A stretch of 64,000 bases of DNA from an uncultured cyanobacterium (GCA_963847745.1 CAWKAW010000007.1:46506-110505), one strand, 5' to 3'. Positions 31,026-40,477 are shown, counted from the stretch's first letter. Notes: generated by a model not told the origin, from the sequence alone. A program made the numbers and translations.

Positions 31026-31943
31026 ATGAAGATCCTGGTGATGGGCGGCACCCGTTTCGTGGGTCGACCGCTGGTGGCCCAGTGGCAGAGCTGCGGCCAC
31101 GAGCTCACCCTGTTCACCCGCGGCCGCAACCCGGTGCCGGCCGGAGTGGAGCACCTGGCCGGCGACAGGAGCAGCGAAGAGGGACTGACCCTCCTCGAAG
31201 GTCGGCAGTTCGATGTGATCGTCGACAGTTCCGGCCGCAGCCTGGAGGACACCCGCCGGCTGATCGATCGCACCGGACCCCCCTCCCACCGACTCGTCTA
31301 TGTGAGCTCGGCCGGGGTCTACGCCGACAGCGAACTCTGGCCCCTCGATGAGGACGCCCCCACCGATCCCGCCAGCCGCCATGCCGGCAAGGCCGAGACG
31401 GAGGCCTGGCTGCGGCAGCAGGGCATCCCCTTCACCGCCTTCCGCCCCACCTACATCTACGGGCCGGGGAACTACAACCCGGTGGAGAGCTGGTTCTTCG
31501 ATCGCATCGTGCACGGGCGGCCCGTGCCGCTTCCCGCCGATGGCAGCACCATCACCCAGCTGGGTCACGTGGCCGACCTGGCCGCCGCGATGGCCCGCTG
31601 CATCGATGTGGAGGCCGCCACCAACCGGGTGTACAACTGTTCCGGGCCCAAGGGAGTCACGTTCCGGGGGCTGGTCGCCGCCGCCGCCCGGGCCTGCGGC
31701 AAGGATCCGGCCGCGGTGGAGATCCGCAGTTTCGATCCGGCAGAACTCGATCGCAAGGCACGCAAGGCCTTCCCCCTGCGCCTGGCCCATTTCCTCACCG
31801 ATACCCATCGGGTGCAGAGGGAGCTGGCCTGGAGCCCCCAGTTCGATCTGGAGAGGGGCCTGGCCGACAGCTTCGCCAACGACTACGCCAGGCGGATGCC
31901 CACCAGCCCCGACTTCAGCGGGGATGAGGCGCTGATCGGCTGA
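31026..31943 (+). CDS. NAD-dependent epimerase / CSP41b-like RNA-binding protein
   Basis: MKILVMGGTRFVG, VYVSSAGVY, RHAGK, FRPTYIYGPGNYN, AFPLRLAHF. Confidence 0.9.
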   Translation: MKILVMGGTRFVGRPLVAQWQSCGHELTLFTRGRNPVPAGVEHLAGDRSSEEGLTLLEGRQFDVIVDSSGRSLEDTRRLIDRTGPPSHRLVYVSSAGVYADSELWPLDEDAPTDPASRHAGKAETEAWLRQQGIPFTAFRPTYIYGPGNYNPVESWFFDRIVHGRPVPLPADGSTITQLGHVADLAAAMARCIDVEAATNRVYNCSGPKGVTFRGLVAAAARACGKDPAAVEIRSFDPAELDRKARKAFPLRLAHFLTDTHRVQRELAWSPQFDLERGLADSFANDYARRMPTSPDFSGDEALIG

Positions 31944-31973
31944 AGGGCCCTTCGGGGGGGCGCAACGGTGGGG

Positions 31974-32513
31974 TCAGCGGCGACGCAGATAGCCGAGGCC
32001 CGAGCTGAGGGCCAGCAGCAGCGACGGCCAGAACAGCCACCAGCCCAGTTGATGCAGCAGCAGCGGCAGCCGCGGGGGGGCTGCGGCGGCGAGCCAGGCC
32101 CCTTGCCAGCTCATGGGCCAGAGCAGAAGCAGCAGGGAGGCGAACTGGAGGATGGTCTTCGCCTTTCCTGCCGGGGAGGCAGGACCGCCGCTGCCCTGCC
32201 CCGCCCGCCAGCCGGAGATCAGCAGTTCCCGGGCCAGCAGCAGCCACACCGCCCAGAGGGGCAGGGTTCCCCGCGCCGCCAGCCAGAGCAGGGGTGCGCT
32301 GATCAGGATCTTGTCGGTGAGCGGATCGAGCCTGGCCCCCCAGACCGACCCCCCACCGGCCCGGCGGGCCAGGGCGCCGTCGGCAGCATCACTCAGTCCT
32401 CCAAGCAGCAGCAGGCACCAGGCGAGAGCCGGACGGTTGGCCTGGAGCGCCAGCAGCAGGGGCAGACCCAGCAGGGCGCGGGCAAGGGTGAGCAGATCGG
32501 CGAGGCGGCGCAG
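31974..32513 (-). CDS. pgsA: CDP-alcohol phosphatidyltransferase (phosphatidylglycerophosphate synthase)
   Basis: SDAADGALARR...GARLDPLTDK signature, RELLISGWR, GKAKTILQ. No in-frame ATG/GTG/TTG near the expected start; CTG 32513 assumed. Confidence 0.85.
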   Translation of the reverse strand: MRRLADLLTLARALLGLPLLLALQANRPALAWCLLLLGGLSDAADGALARRAGGGSVWGARLDPLTDKILISAPLLWLAARGTLPLWAVWLLLARELLISGWRAGQGSGGPASPAGKAKTILQFASLLLLLWPMSWQGAWLAAAAPPRLPLLLHQLGWWLFWPSLLLALSSGLGYLRRR

Positions 32514-32596
32514 GGAGACAGATGGGGTGGAAGCTGACCCATTCTTCCGTTCCGGGGCGGTCGCCCCCGCAGAATGGAGCCAGCCAGGAGACCCCC

Positions 32597-33064
32597 ATGG
32601 TTGTCGATCGCCCCGTGGCCGAGGTGATGAGCAAGCCGGTGCTGAGCGTGCAGCGGGAGACCCCCCTGCAGGACGCGGTGCAGTTGATGAGTGAGCACCA
32701 CGTGAGCGGCCTGCCGGTGCTGGGAGAGAAGGGGGAACTGGTGGGCGAGCTGACCGAACAGGACCTGATGGTGCGGGAGAGCGGCTTCGATGCCGGGCCC
32801 TACGTGATGCTGCTCGATGCGGTGATCTACCTGCGCAATCCCCTCGAGTGGGATCGGCAGGTGCATCAGGTTCTGGGCAGCACGGTGGGGGAAGTGATGG
32901 GGGAGCACCCCCACAGCTGCAGTGTCGACACCCCCCTGCCGGCGGCGGCACGGCAGTTGCACGACCGGGGCACCCAGCGCCTGTTCGTGCTCAATGACCA
33001 GCGTCAGCCGGTGGGGGTGGTCACCCGAGGGGACGTGGTGCGGGCCCTGGCGGCCGAGGGCTGA
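32597..33064 (+). CDS. CBS domain pair protein
   Basis: VAEVMSKPV, HVSGLPV, VGELTEQDL, VGVVTRGDVVRAL. Confidence 0.92.
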   Translation: MVVDRPVAEVMSKPVLSVQRETPLQDAVQLMSEHHVSGLPVLGEKGELVGELTEQDLMVRESGFDAGPYVMLLDAVIYLRNPLEWDRQVHQVLGSTVGEVMGEHPHSCSVDTPLPAAARQLHDRGTQRLFVLNDQRQPVGVVTRGDVVRALAAEG

Positions 33065-33726
33065 GAGCGCCGCTCCTGCCAGGGAAGCACCGCCCCTTCG
33101 GCCACCAGCCAGAGGCGCAGACCCCGCCCACAGGGATGGCCACCGGTGAGCTGTCCGAAGGAGGGCAGCAGCAGCTGATCCTGGCGTTCGTCGAGGGCGA
33201 AACAGGGAAGACGCAACCTCTCGGCGCCCCTTCCCACCAGGGCGACCGGATGGATGTGGCCGCAGAGGTTCAGATGGTCGCAGCAGGATTCCGGCTCGTG
33301 ACTGAGCCAGAGAGGCCCCATCGCCTGGGAGCATTCCGGCTCCAGCCCCTCCAGCCAGCTGCCCCGCTCGTGGTTGCCGGCGATGAGCCGCAGCGGGCAG
33401 CCCAGCAGCTGGGGCAGGGCCAGCAGCTTCTGGCGCAGTTCCACGGTGAGGCCGAGGCGGCCATGGATCAGATCGCCCAGCACCACCACCTGCCGGGGTC
33501 GATGGAGGTGAGCCAGCTGCAGCAGGGCATTGAGGGTGGCGGCGTCCCCGTCGCTGGGCAGGGGGATGCCGTGGCTCTGGAGAACCTCCGCCTTGCCCAG
33601 ATGCAGATCCGCCACCAGCAGCAGACCCTGCTGCGGATCCCACACCGCCCGCTCGGCGAGCAGCTCCAGCCGGTGCCCGCGCCAGTGGAAGGGGGCGGCG
33701 TCGCTCACGGCTGCGCCATCGCTCAC
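33004..33726 (-). CDS. pdeM: Ligase-associated DNA damage response endonuclease (metallophosphoesterase)
   Basis: LLVADLHLGKA, VVLGDLIH, LIAGNHE, CGHIHP, RLRLPCF, LLLPSFGQLTGG. GTG start overlaps the GST stop (GTGA). Confidence 0.92.
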   Translation of the reverse strand: MSDGAAVSDAAPFHWRGHRLELLAERAVWDPQQGLLLVADLHLGKAEVLQSHGIPLPSDGDAATLNALLQLAHLHRPRQVVVLGDLIHGRLGLTVELRQKLLALPQLLGCPLRLIAGNHERGSWLEGLEPECSQAMGPLWLSHEPESCCDHLNLCGHIHPVALVGRGAERLRLPCFALDERQDQLLLPSFGQLTGGHPCGRGLRLWLVAEGAVLPWQERRSQPSAARARTTSPRVTTPTG

Positions 33727-33737
33727 GGCTGCGCCAT
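33702..33737. repeat. Perfect 18-bp tandem duplication at the GST stop / pdeM start junction
   Basis: CGCTCACGGCTGCGCCAT occurs twice head-to-tail (33702-33719 and 33720-33737). Confidence 0.9.
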
Positions 33738-34352
33738 CGCCCGCTGGTAGGCGGGCCGGGCGCGCACGGCCTCGATCGTGGCCTGCACGGCCGGGTAGGG
33801 GCTGAGGTCGAGATCGGGGAAGAACACCGGCAGGTAGGCCAGGTACGACTGCACGGCGCAGTCGGCGGCGCCCCAGCCGGGATCGCCCCAGCCGCCGGCC
33901 TCGCCGCGATCGGCCAGCAGGGAACGGCCGCCGGCCAGCAGGCCGTCGAGCACGCCCATCAGGCGAGGGAACTCCCGCTCCCGGTTCTCGGCCACGAACA
34001 GGGCGGGGCCGAGGGTGGCGTTGGCGAACAGCACCCACTGGGCGGTGAGGGAGCGCAGGGCGGCGGCCCGGAGGGGATCGCCCGCGAATTCCTGGCCATG
34101 GTGCTCGGCGAGGTGCTGCAGGATGGCGCCGCTCTCGAACAGTGTCAGGGGCTGGCCATCGGGGCCCCGGAAGCCGTCGTCCACCAGGGCCGGCACCTTG
34201 CCGAAGGGATTGATGGCGAGGAAGGGGGGCTGGCGATGCTCGCCGGCCTTCAGGTCGAGGGAATGGAGGGTGCAGGGGATCGCCTTCTCCTCGAGATACC
34301 AGCGCACCAGGGCGCTGCGGCTGCGCGGGGCGCCGTGGAGGTGAAGCGTCAT
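33723..34352 (-). CDS. Glutathione S-transferase family protein
   Basis: GAPRSRSALVRWYLEE, INPFGKVPAL, LFESGAIL, WVLFANATL, ADCAVQSYL. Confidence 0.93.
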   Translation of the reverse strand: MTLHLHGAPRSRSALVRWYLEEKAIPCTLHSLDLKAGEHRQPPFLAINPFGKVPALVDDGFRGPDGQPLTLFESGAILQHLAEHHGQEFAGDPLRAAALRSLTAQWVLFANATLGPALFVAENREREFPRLMGVLDGLLAGGRSLLADRGEAGGWGDPGWGAADCAVQSYLAYLPVFFPDLDLSPYPAVQATIEAVRARPAYQRAMAQP

Positions 34353-34423
34353 CGCGGCGGGGGCAAGGAAGGGGTGGATCCCCATCATCCATGCCCAGAA
34401 TCGGTGCAGCAGGGCAGTGAGCG

Positions 34424-36580
34424 ATGGCGAGCGAACCGGCCGAAACGCCCAACCCATCGCCAGCCAGGGCCGATCCCGCCGCCTGCCTGCTGCGGCTGGC
34501 CCCCTACCTGCTCGGCCGGGCCCGTCGTGGCGTGGTGGGCAGCAGCCGCTACGCCCAGACGCTGCGCCAGGCGGTTCGCGAGGCCGCCGCCGATCCGGCG
34601 GCGAAGGCGGTGCTGATCACCGGCGAGCCGGGACTGGAGAAGGACAACCTGGCCGCCCTGATCCATTACGGCTCACCGGCCCGCAAGCGCCTGATGGTGC
34701 GGCTGAACTGCGCCCTGCTGCGGGCCGATGGCGCCGACCTGTTCGGAGCGGGTCCGGATGGGGTTTCCCTGCTCGAATGCCTGGGTGATGGTGCCCTGCT
34801 GCTCGATCAGATCGATCGGACCGAACCGGCCCTGCTGCCGGCCCTGCTGGAGCTGGCCCGCAGCGGCAGCTGGCGATCGCCGGAGGAACCGGAACGGCAG
34901 CGGACCTTTGCGGGCCGGGTGTTCCTCACCGCCGAGACGCCGATCCGGGGCTGCGAGGGTTTCGCTCGCCTGATCCGGGTGCCGGCGCTGCGGGTGCGGC
35001 GCCAGGACCTGGGGGAGTGGCTGCGCTACGGGGTGCGGCAGAGGGCGCTCAGTCTGGGCTGGGAGCGCCCCCCGCGGGTGAGCGATGGACTGGTGAAGCG
35101 TTTGCAGTCGTACGACTTCCCCGGCAACGTGCGCGAGCTGGCGGTGGTGATCGACCGGGCCCTGCGCCAGTGCAGCGAAGGTCATCCGTCGGTGCTGCCG
35201 GATGAGGTGTTCTGGACCGAACGGCGCCAGCAGCGGGCCCGCTTCGATCTCTGGCGCTGGAAACCCCGGCTCCGGGATCTGATGCGATCCCCCCGGCTCT
35301 GGAACGGCCTGCTCTTCGGAGTGGTGAGCTGGGTGTTCGTGCTGGTGAACCTCTGGCTGTGGCTGGGTCCCCAGGACCGGGCCCACAACGGTGCCCTGAA
35401 CCTGTTCTGGGCCTGGTGGTGGCCGCTGATCCTGCTCACCTATCCGCTGGTGGGGCGGCTCTGGTGTTCGTTCTGCCCGTTCATGGTGTGGGGCGAGATC
35501 GCCCAGCGGATCGGACTGGCGATGGGCTGGCGAGGAGCGCGCTGGCCCCGGGGGGAGAGCGACCGCTGGGCGGCTCCCCTGCTGGCGGCGGGCTTCGCGG
35601 CGATCCTGCTCTGGGAGGAGGTGGGTGATCTGGAGAACACGGCCTGGCTGAGCAGCACCCTGCTGCTGCTGATCACCGCCGGAGCCGTGATCGGTTCGCT
35701 GCGCTTCGAGAAGCGCTTCTGGTGCCGCTATCTCTGCCCGGTGGGGGGGATGAACGGTCTGTTCGCCAAGCTGGCGGTGAGCGAGCTGCGGGCCGAAGCC
35801 GGCACCTGCAGCGGCAGCTGCACCAGCTACGCCTGCTTCAAGGGCGGCCCGGCCGAGGGGGAGGGAATGGCCACGGCCGGGTGTCCGCTGGGAACCCATC
35901 CGGCCCACCTGGAGGACAACCGCGACTGCGTGCTCTGCCTCACCTGCGCCCAGGCCTGTCCCCATCGTTCCGTGCAGCTGCGGCTGCGCCCCCCCGCTGC
36001 CGATCTGAACAGAGACATCAATCCTCCGGCCGGTGAAGCAGGACTGATCCTGGTGCTGGCCGGCGGGGTGTGCCTGCACCACTGGAGGGACCTGCTGGGC
36101 AGGGCGGCCCTGGCCCCGGAGACCCTGCGGGAGGGTCCCCTGCTGCCGCGACTGGCCTTCGCCGCCCTGGCCCTGGCCCTGCCGGCCGGGGCGTTCCTGC
36201 TGATGCGGACGCTGCGCGGCTGGGATCGACGCCGGCCGACGGGAATCTCGCGGCTGCGGCTCTCCCTCTACGCCCTGCTGCCCCTGCTCTGGGCGCTGAT
36301 GCTCGCCGACCATCTGCCCCTGGGCATGGCGGAGGGCGGCCGCGTGCTGCCGGTGAGCACCACAGCCTGGTGGCCCCGGATGGCCCGGCAGCTGCCGGCC
36401 TGGAGCGCCGATCCCCATGTGATCGCCTTCTGCCAGAGCCTGGCGATCCTGGTGGGGGTGGCGGGTTCGGTGGTGCTGCTGCGGCGCCTGCTGCAGCCGC
36501 AGCGCTGGGGCTGGCTGGCCCTCTCGGCCCTGGCGGTGGGCCTGGGCGCAGGAGGGCGCTGGCTGGTGGCCATGGGGTAG
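34424..36580 (+). CDS. Fusion of a sigma54-interaction-type AAA+ domain with a membrane-bound 4Fe-4S domain (NosR/NapH-like)
   Basis: VLITGEPGLEK, LLLDQID, RVPALRVRRQDL, YDFPGNVREL; then TM helices with WCSFCP, WCRYLCPVGG, CSGSCTSYAC and CVLCLTCAQACP. Confidence 0.85.
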   Translation: MASEPAETPNPSPARADPAACLLRLAPYLLGRARRGVVGSSRYAQTLRQAVREAAADPAAKAVLITGEPGLEKDNLAALIHYGSPARKRLMVRLNCALLRADGADLFGAGPDGVSLLECLGDGALLLDQIDRTEPALLPALLELARSGSWRSPEEPERQRTFAGRVFLTAETPIRGCEGFARLIRVPALRVRRQDLGEWLRYGVRQRALSLGWERPPRVSDGLVKRLQSYDFPGNVRELAVVIDRALRQCSEGHPSVLPDEVFWTERRQQRARFDLWRWKPRLRDLMRSPRLWNGLLFGVVSWVFVLVNLWLWLGPQDRAHNGALNLFWAWWWPLILLTYPLVGRLWCSFCPFMVWGEIAQRIGLAMGWRGARWPRGESDRWAAPLLAAGFAAILLWEEVGDLENTAWLSSTLLLLITAGAVIGSLRFEKRFWCRYLCPVGGMNGLFAKLAVSELRAEAGTCSGSCTSYACFKGGPAEGEGMATAGCPLGTHPAHLEDNRDCVLCLTCAQACPHRSVQLRLRPPAADLNRDINPPAGEAGLILVLAGGVCLHHWRDLLGRAALAPETLREGPLLPRLAFAALALALPAGAFLLMRTLRGWDRRRPTGISRLRLSLYALLPLLWALMLADHLPLGMAEGGRVLPVSTTAWWPRMARQLPAWSADPHVIAFCQSLAILVGVAGSVVLLRRLLQPQRWGWLALSALAVGLGAGGRWLVAMG

Positions 36581-36612
36581 GGAGCAACGGGGAAGAACGG
36601 GCAGCCGGGGGA

Positions 36613-36909
36613 TCAACGCCAGCTGCAGATCCGCGCCAGGTCGGAGTCGTAGTAGAGCGCCACGGGAGCCTCCGGGGGACTCTCCTGCAGCTGATAGCGC
36701 TTGGTGAGCAGGTGGGCGGCACCGATGGCGTTGCCGATCACGATGCGGGCATTCCCCCGGCTGCGCCGCCAGGCATGGCAGCTGGCCAGGGTGTCGAGGG
36801 CCAGGGAGGGGGCCGGCAGAACGTGGATCAGCAGGGTTGCCCCGGCCAGGAGCGTGGCCAGGGCCAGGGGGGCAGCGGCAGCGGCCGGCGAGCGAAGAGG
36901 CGCGGACAG
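36613..36909 (-). CDS. Small exported hypothetical protein, absent from the ORF track
   Basis: My translation: ...APLALATLLAGATLLIHVLPAPSLALDTLASCHAWRRSRGNARIVIGNAIGAAHLLTKRYQLQESPPEAPVALYYDSDLARICSWR*. Strong GC3 bias; only a CTG (36909) is available as start. Confidence 0.6.
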   Translation of the reverse strand: MSAPLRSPAAAAAPLALATLLAGATLLIHVLPAPSLALDTLASCHAWRRSRGNARIVIGNAIGAAHLLTKRYQLQESPPEAPVALYYDSDLARICSWR

Positions 36910-37117
36910 CCCTCCTGCCGATCGACCCGGGCCAGGCTGTCGGTCGTCACCGCAACCACCTGGCCCCGCACCAGTCGCTCACCGGGCATGGCCATCGGAA
37001 CGATTCCGGGATCATGGAACACCATGTGCGGCGGCATCCGTCATGGCAGGCAAGGGCGGCTCCGGGCGCCATGATCGGACAGATTCTGCTGCCGGCAGCT
37101 CGCCCATGGACCATCCG

Positions 37118-37201
37118 ATGACCCTCGCCCTGCTGATCGCCCTGGCCGGCTCCCTGGTGCTGATGAGCTTGATCGTGAAGAAGCTCGAGAAGTCTTCCTG
37201 A
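37118..37201 (+). CDS. Putative 27-aa single-TM small protein
   Basis: MTLALLIALAGSLVLMSLIVKKLEKSS*; hydrophobic helix plus basic tail, host codon usage. Confidence 0.55.
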   Translation: MTLALLIALAGSLVLMSLIVKKLEKSS

Positions 37202-37745
37202 TCGGAAGCGGCTCCGCTGGGTCCTGGGATCCGTCTCACGGAGGGCAGCAGCGACCCAGGGCAGGCTGGCCTGAAAGCAGGGGTGGCTCAGCCGCGTTGG
37301 GGTCTGGAAGACAGTTCCGACTGGACAGACAGATCACAGTAACCATTCCACCCATCTCCGCAAGCTTCAGGATCGCAGGGGCAGGATGGATTCAGGGTTG
37401 CCCAGCCATCTCGCATTCACGCTTCACCGTGCTGATCAATCTTCCCTTCACTGCGGATCCGATCTCGGACCTATGTAACCCTGGAGACGACTATGCAACG
37501 GTTTTCGTTGGTCTCGATCCAGTCCTTGAAGTGCATGGTTCTGCATGGTTCCGGACTTCGCAATCTGCTCAGCAACATCTCTTCTCTCCAGGCATAGCTG
37601 GGACAAGGAAGCCTGTACAGGGCGGAGCTGTCGCTGAACGGGATCACCGCTCAGTTCCGACTCTCCAGCACCAGATCACTCAACGATGGGCCTTCTCCTG
37701 ACAGCCGCACGTCGGCGCACTGTCCAGCCTGGATCAGCCAGGGAA

Positions 37746-38678
37746 GACGGGATGGGGATGGCAGCGAAACGGTCGTCTGGAACCATCCCTGCCCTTCTGC
37801 TCTCTCTGCTCCTGGCCGCCACCGGCGCAAGGCCTGCCGCCGCCGCCGACCTGCAGGTGCAGGTGGGCGAGGTGACCGATACCCGCAGCCTCGGCAGTTC
37901 CTCCGCCGGCCTGGCGATCGACGTGCGCATCAGCGGGGCGGACCTCGCCGGTGCCGAGGCGTTTCGCACCACCCTGGAGCGGGCCAGCGATGACACCGGG
38001 CGCTCCCTCCTCCCGCCGAAGGGCCCTCCGCAGGAATTCACCACGCTGGAGGCCGGCACCCCGCCGCAGGCACGGCTGACCCTGAAACTGGCGAGCCCCG
38101 CCCGCCAGGCCACCACTGTGCGCTCCGTGGCCGGGGTGCTCGAGCTGTACGTGCCCGCCCGCGATCCCGGCTCGGTGATCACCGTGGCCCAGGTGGCCGG
38201 GCGCCCCAGGATCGAGGTGGCTTCCCCCGCGCTGCGGGCGGCGGGCATCCGGCTCACGGTGGTGACCAAGGACGAATTCGATCGTCAGGCCAAAGAGCTC
38301 GAAGGCAGGGCCCTGCCCCCCCTGCCCGAACCCCTGGCCGGCATGGAGGCGATGGTGGAGGAACTGGGCAAGGCGTTCCTCTCGATGCTCTCCGGGCTGG
38401 CCGCCGAGAGCAAGGGCCAGCTGATCCTGCGGGTGCAGGATCCCCGCGCCGATCTGGTGCGGGTGGAGGCGCGCGATGCCCCCGATCCAGCTCCCTTAGC
38501 CTCCCGCCAGCGGCGATCCCGTTCATGGCCCCCCTTGCCGGCAGCGACTGGATCCCCGGCACCCTCACAGGCCCGATCGTGCCCCTGGCTTCCCTGCGGC
38601 CCCTCAGCCTGCAGAGCGGCGGCAATCCCCTCTGGAAATGCAACAACCCCGAGATCATCCAGGGGGACGGCTGGCTGA
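37746..38678 (+). CDS. Exported hypothetical protein, probably 3'-truncated
   Basis: Signal peptide ending PAAA; host-like codons up to about 38480, then read-through into the next gene's leader and frame. Confidence 0.6.
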   Translation, partial: DGMGMAAKRSSGTIPALLLSLLLAATGARPAAAADLQVQVGEVTDTRSLGSSSAGLAIDVRISGADLAGAEAFRTTLERASDDTGRSLLPPKGPPQEFTTLEAGTPPQARLTLKLASPARQATTVRSVAGVLELYVPARDPGSVITVAQVAGRPRIEVASPALRAAGIRLTVVTKDEFDRQAKELEGRALPPLPEPLAGMEAMVEELGKAFLSMLSGLAAESKGQLILRVQDPRADLVRVEARDAPDPAPLASRQRRSRSWPPLPAATGSPAPSQARSCPWLPCGPSACRAAAIPSGNATTPRSSRGTAG

Positions 38679-39664
38679 TGACCAACTCCCCCGCCGCCGC
38701 CAAGCGCCAGGGGAGCGCCGCACCTGTTGAAGGCACCTTCTGCGTCTATCTGTTCCACATCAACCAGGCGGGATCCACCAAACATCTGCACCTGCTGCTC
38801 ACCAACCCCGGCGACCGCCCCGTGCGTCTCTCCGGCCGCGGCTCGATGCTCACCAACAAGCAGGAACCCCTGCAGCCGCGCCCCGGCACCGGCCTGAACT
38901 ACAAGGTGGCCCGCGACTGGCTCGACGGCACCCCCCGCACCCGCTTCGACGCCGTGGACCTGGCCCCCGGCCAGGCGTATCAGGTGGACCGGGCCGTTCT
39001 GGAGAATCGCGCCATGGTGGAGGGCCGCTTCGAGATCAGTGCCGATGCCGGCGTGTATCTCTACACCGTGGTCACCAGCAGCGGCAGGTTCAACGATGCG
39101 GTGAATGTCTCCCAGCAGGGCCCCGCCAAGGGCGAGATCTATTCCCCCGGCCCGGCCCGCTTCGGCCGGGAGGCCGGCATCTGCGCCCATTCGATCCTGG
39201 CCGGCGTGACGCCGATCGAGGTTCCCGCCGCACTGGCTCACCTGGGCCTCTGCCTCAACACCAGCAACAAGTTCGCCCCCACCCTGCAGGATCAGACCCA
39301 GGGCTTCCTGATGCGGCTCGGGGATTCCGCCGATCGCACCTATGCCAATTACGGGCACAAGTACGACCTGACCCTGGAGTTGCGCAATCCGGCGCAGTCC
39401 GCCCGCCGCGTGCGCCTCTCCTTCGCCACCAACCTGGTGAAGGACCAGGACTCCCCCTCCTTCGCCTTCCACGCCCCGATCCGCGTCAGCGACGGGGTGA
39501 ACGACACCGTGCAGGACGTGTACGTGCGACCCACCGCCCCCCGCCAGGTGCTCGTGAACGATCTCCTCCTGGATGGCGGCGCTTCGCGGTCACTGCGGCT
39601 GCAGTTCTTCGTGCCCGGCCTGATCACGATCGGCCACCAGCTGATCCTGGAAGTTCTGGCCTGA
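38525..39664 (+). CDS. Divergent DUF3370-like protein
   Basis: [16 protein letters not shown]...FCVYLFHIN and [17 protein letters not shown] resemble the DUF3370 N-terminal NSNxPE...HH and C-terminal ANYGxxYxL motifs. Confidence 0.6.
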   Translation: MAPLAGSDWIPGTLTGPIVPLASLRPLSLQSGGNPLWKCNNPEIIQGDGWLMTNSPAAAKRQGSAAPVEGTFCVYLFHINQAGSTKHLHLLLTNPGDRPVRLSGRGSMLTNKQEPLQPRPGTGLNYKVARDWLDGTPRTRFDAVDLAPGQAYQVDRAVLENRAMVEGRFEISADAGVYLYTVVTSSGRFNDAVNVSQQGPAKGEIYSPGPARFGREAGICAHSILAGVTPIEVPAALAHLGLCLNTSNKFAPTLQDQTQGFLMRLGDSADRTYANYGHKYDLTLELRNPAQSARRVRLSFATNLVKDQDSPSFAFHAPIRVSDGVNDTVQDVYVRPTAPRQVLVNDLLLDGGASRSLRLQFFVPGLITIGHQLILEVLA

Positions 39665-39712
39665 GGCGGCTGCGCCCTTCGATTCCATCTTCACGACCCC
39701 GCACCGACGCCC

Positions 39713-40477
39713 GTGACCCCTCGCCGGCCTCTCACTCCCAACGCGGCGGCCAGCCTGCTCAGCCTGCTGGGCCTGCTGGCCCTGGCGAGCCCCGCCCGGG
39801 CGAACTGCGGCGATCCGATCGCCGCCCAGAACCTGGTGCAGCCGGCCCTGGAGCGGCACTGGCAGCAGCTGCAGCAGCAGCGCACCTCTCCCTGGGGAAC
39901 GGTGCGCCCCTTCGGCACCCTCAGCGGCGATCGCATCACCCTCAGCGCCGCTTTCGATCGGCTCGATGGGGCCGCCAAGCGGCAGGTGATCGAAGCGTTG
40001 CGGCTCGGCACCAACCCCGACTGGCTGAGCCTGCTGAGCCCGGCCGAACAACAGGCTGCCCTGAGCGATCCCGGCCTCGGCGCCATCGCCCCCCACACGG
40101 TGGTGGCCCACGACGGCCGGCTGCTCTCCTACGCCTACGACGGCTGCACCCGCCCGATCCTGCTCACGGAGTTCGCCCGCTACCAGCAGGGTTGGCTGGG
40201 CCGCAGCCTGCCGCCCCGCATTGTGCGCTTCCCGATCGAACCCGCCAGCGAGCAGGCCGTGCGCCGCCTCTTCTGGCAGGCGGTGGCCCCCCACCGGGCC
40301 GACGTGCGCTGGATCGCCTGGGTGCCGGAGCAGGGATTCTTCGAGATCACCGTGTCCGGCGCGCCTGGAGCGGTGGACAGCCTCGCTGCCTTCTGGAAGG
40401 TGGCCCCCCGGCAATTCCGTTACGTGGTGCTGGAGGAGGGCGGCAGCCTGGTGAAGAGCGTGGATCCGGCTCGCTGA
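39713..40477 (+). CDS. Exported hypothetical protein
   Basis: Signal peptide ending PARA, host codon usage, [27 protein letters not shown]. Confidence 0.7.
   Translation: MTPRRPLTPNAAASLLSLLGLLALASPARANCGDPIAAQNLVQPALERHWQQLQQQRTSPWGTVRPFGTLSGDRITLSAAFDRLDGAAKRQVIEALRLGTNPDWLSLLSPAEQQAALSDPGLGAIAPHTVVAHDGRLLSYAYDGCTRPILLTEFARYQQGWLGRSLPPRIVRFPIEPASEQAVRRLFWQAVAPHRADVRWIAWVPEQGFFEITVSGAPGAVDSLAAFWKVAPRQFRYVVLEEGGSLVKSVDPAR

Noticed and set aside
37297-37701. 134-aa track ORF in the low-GC spacer
   Set aside because: No host codon bias, no motif and a doubtful TTG start.
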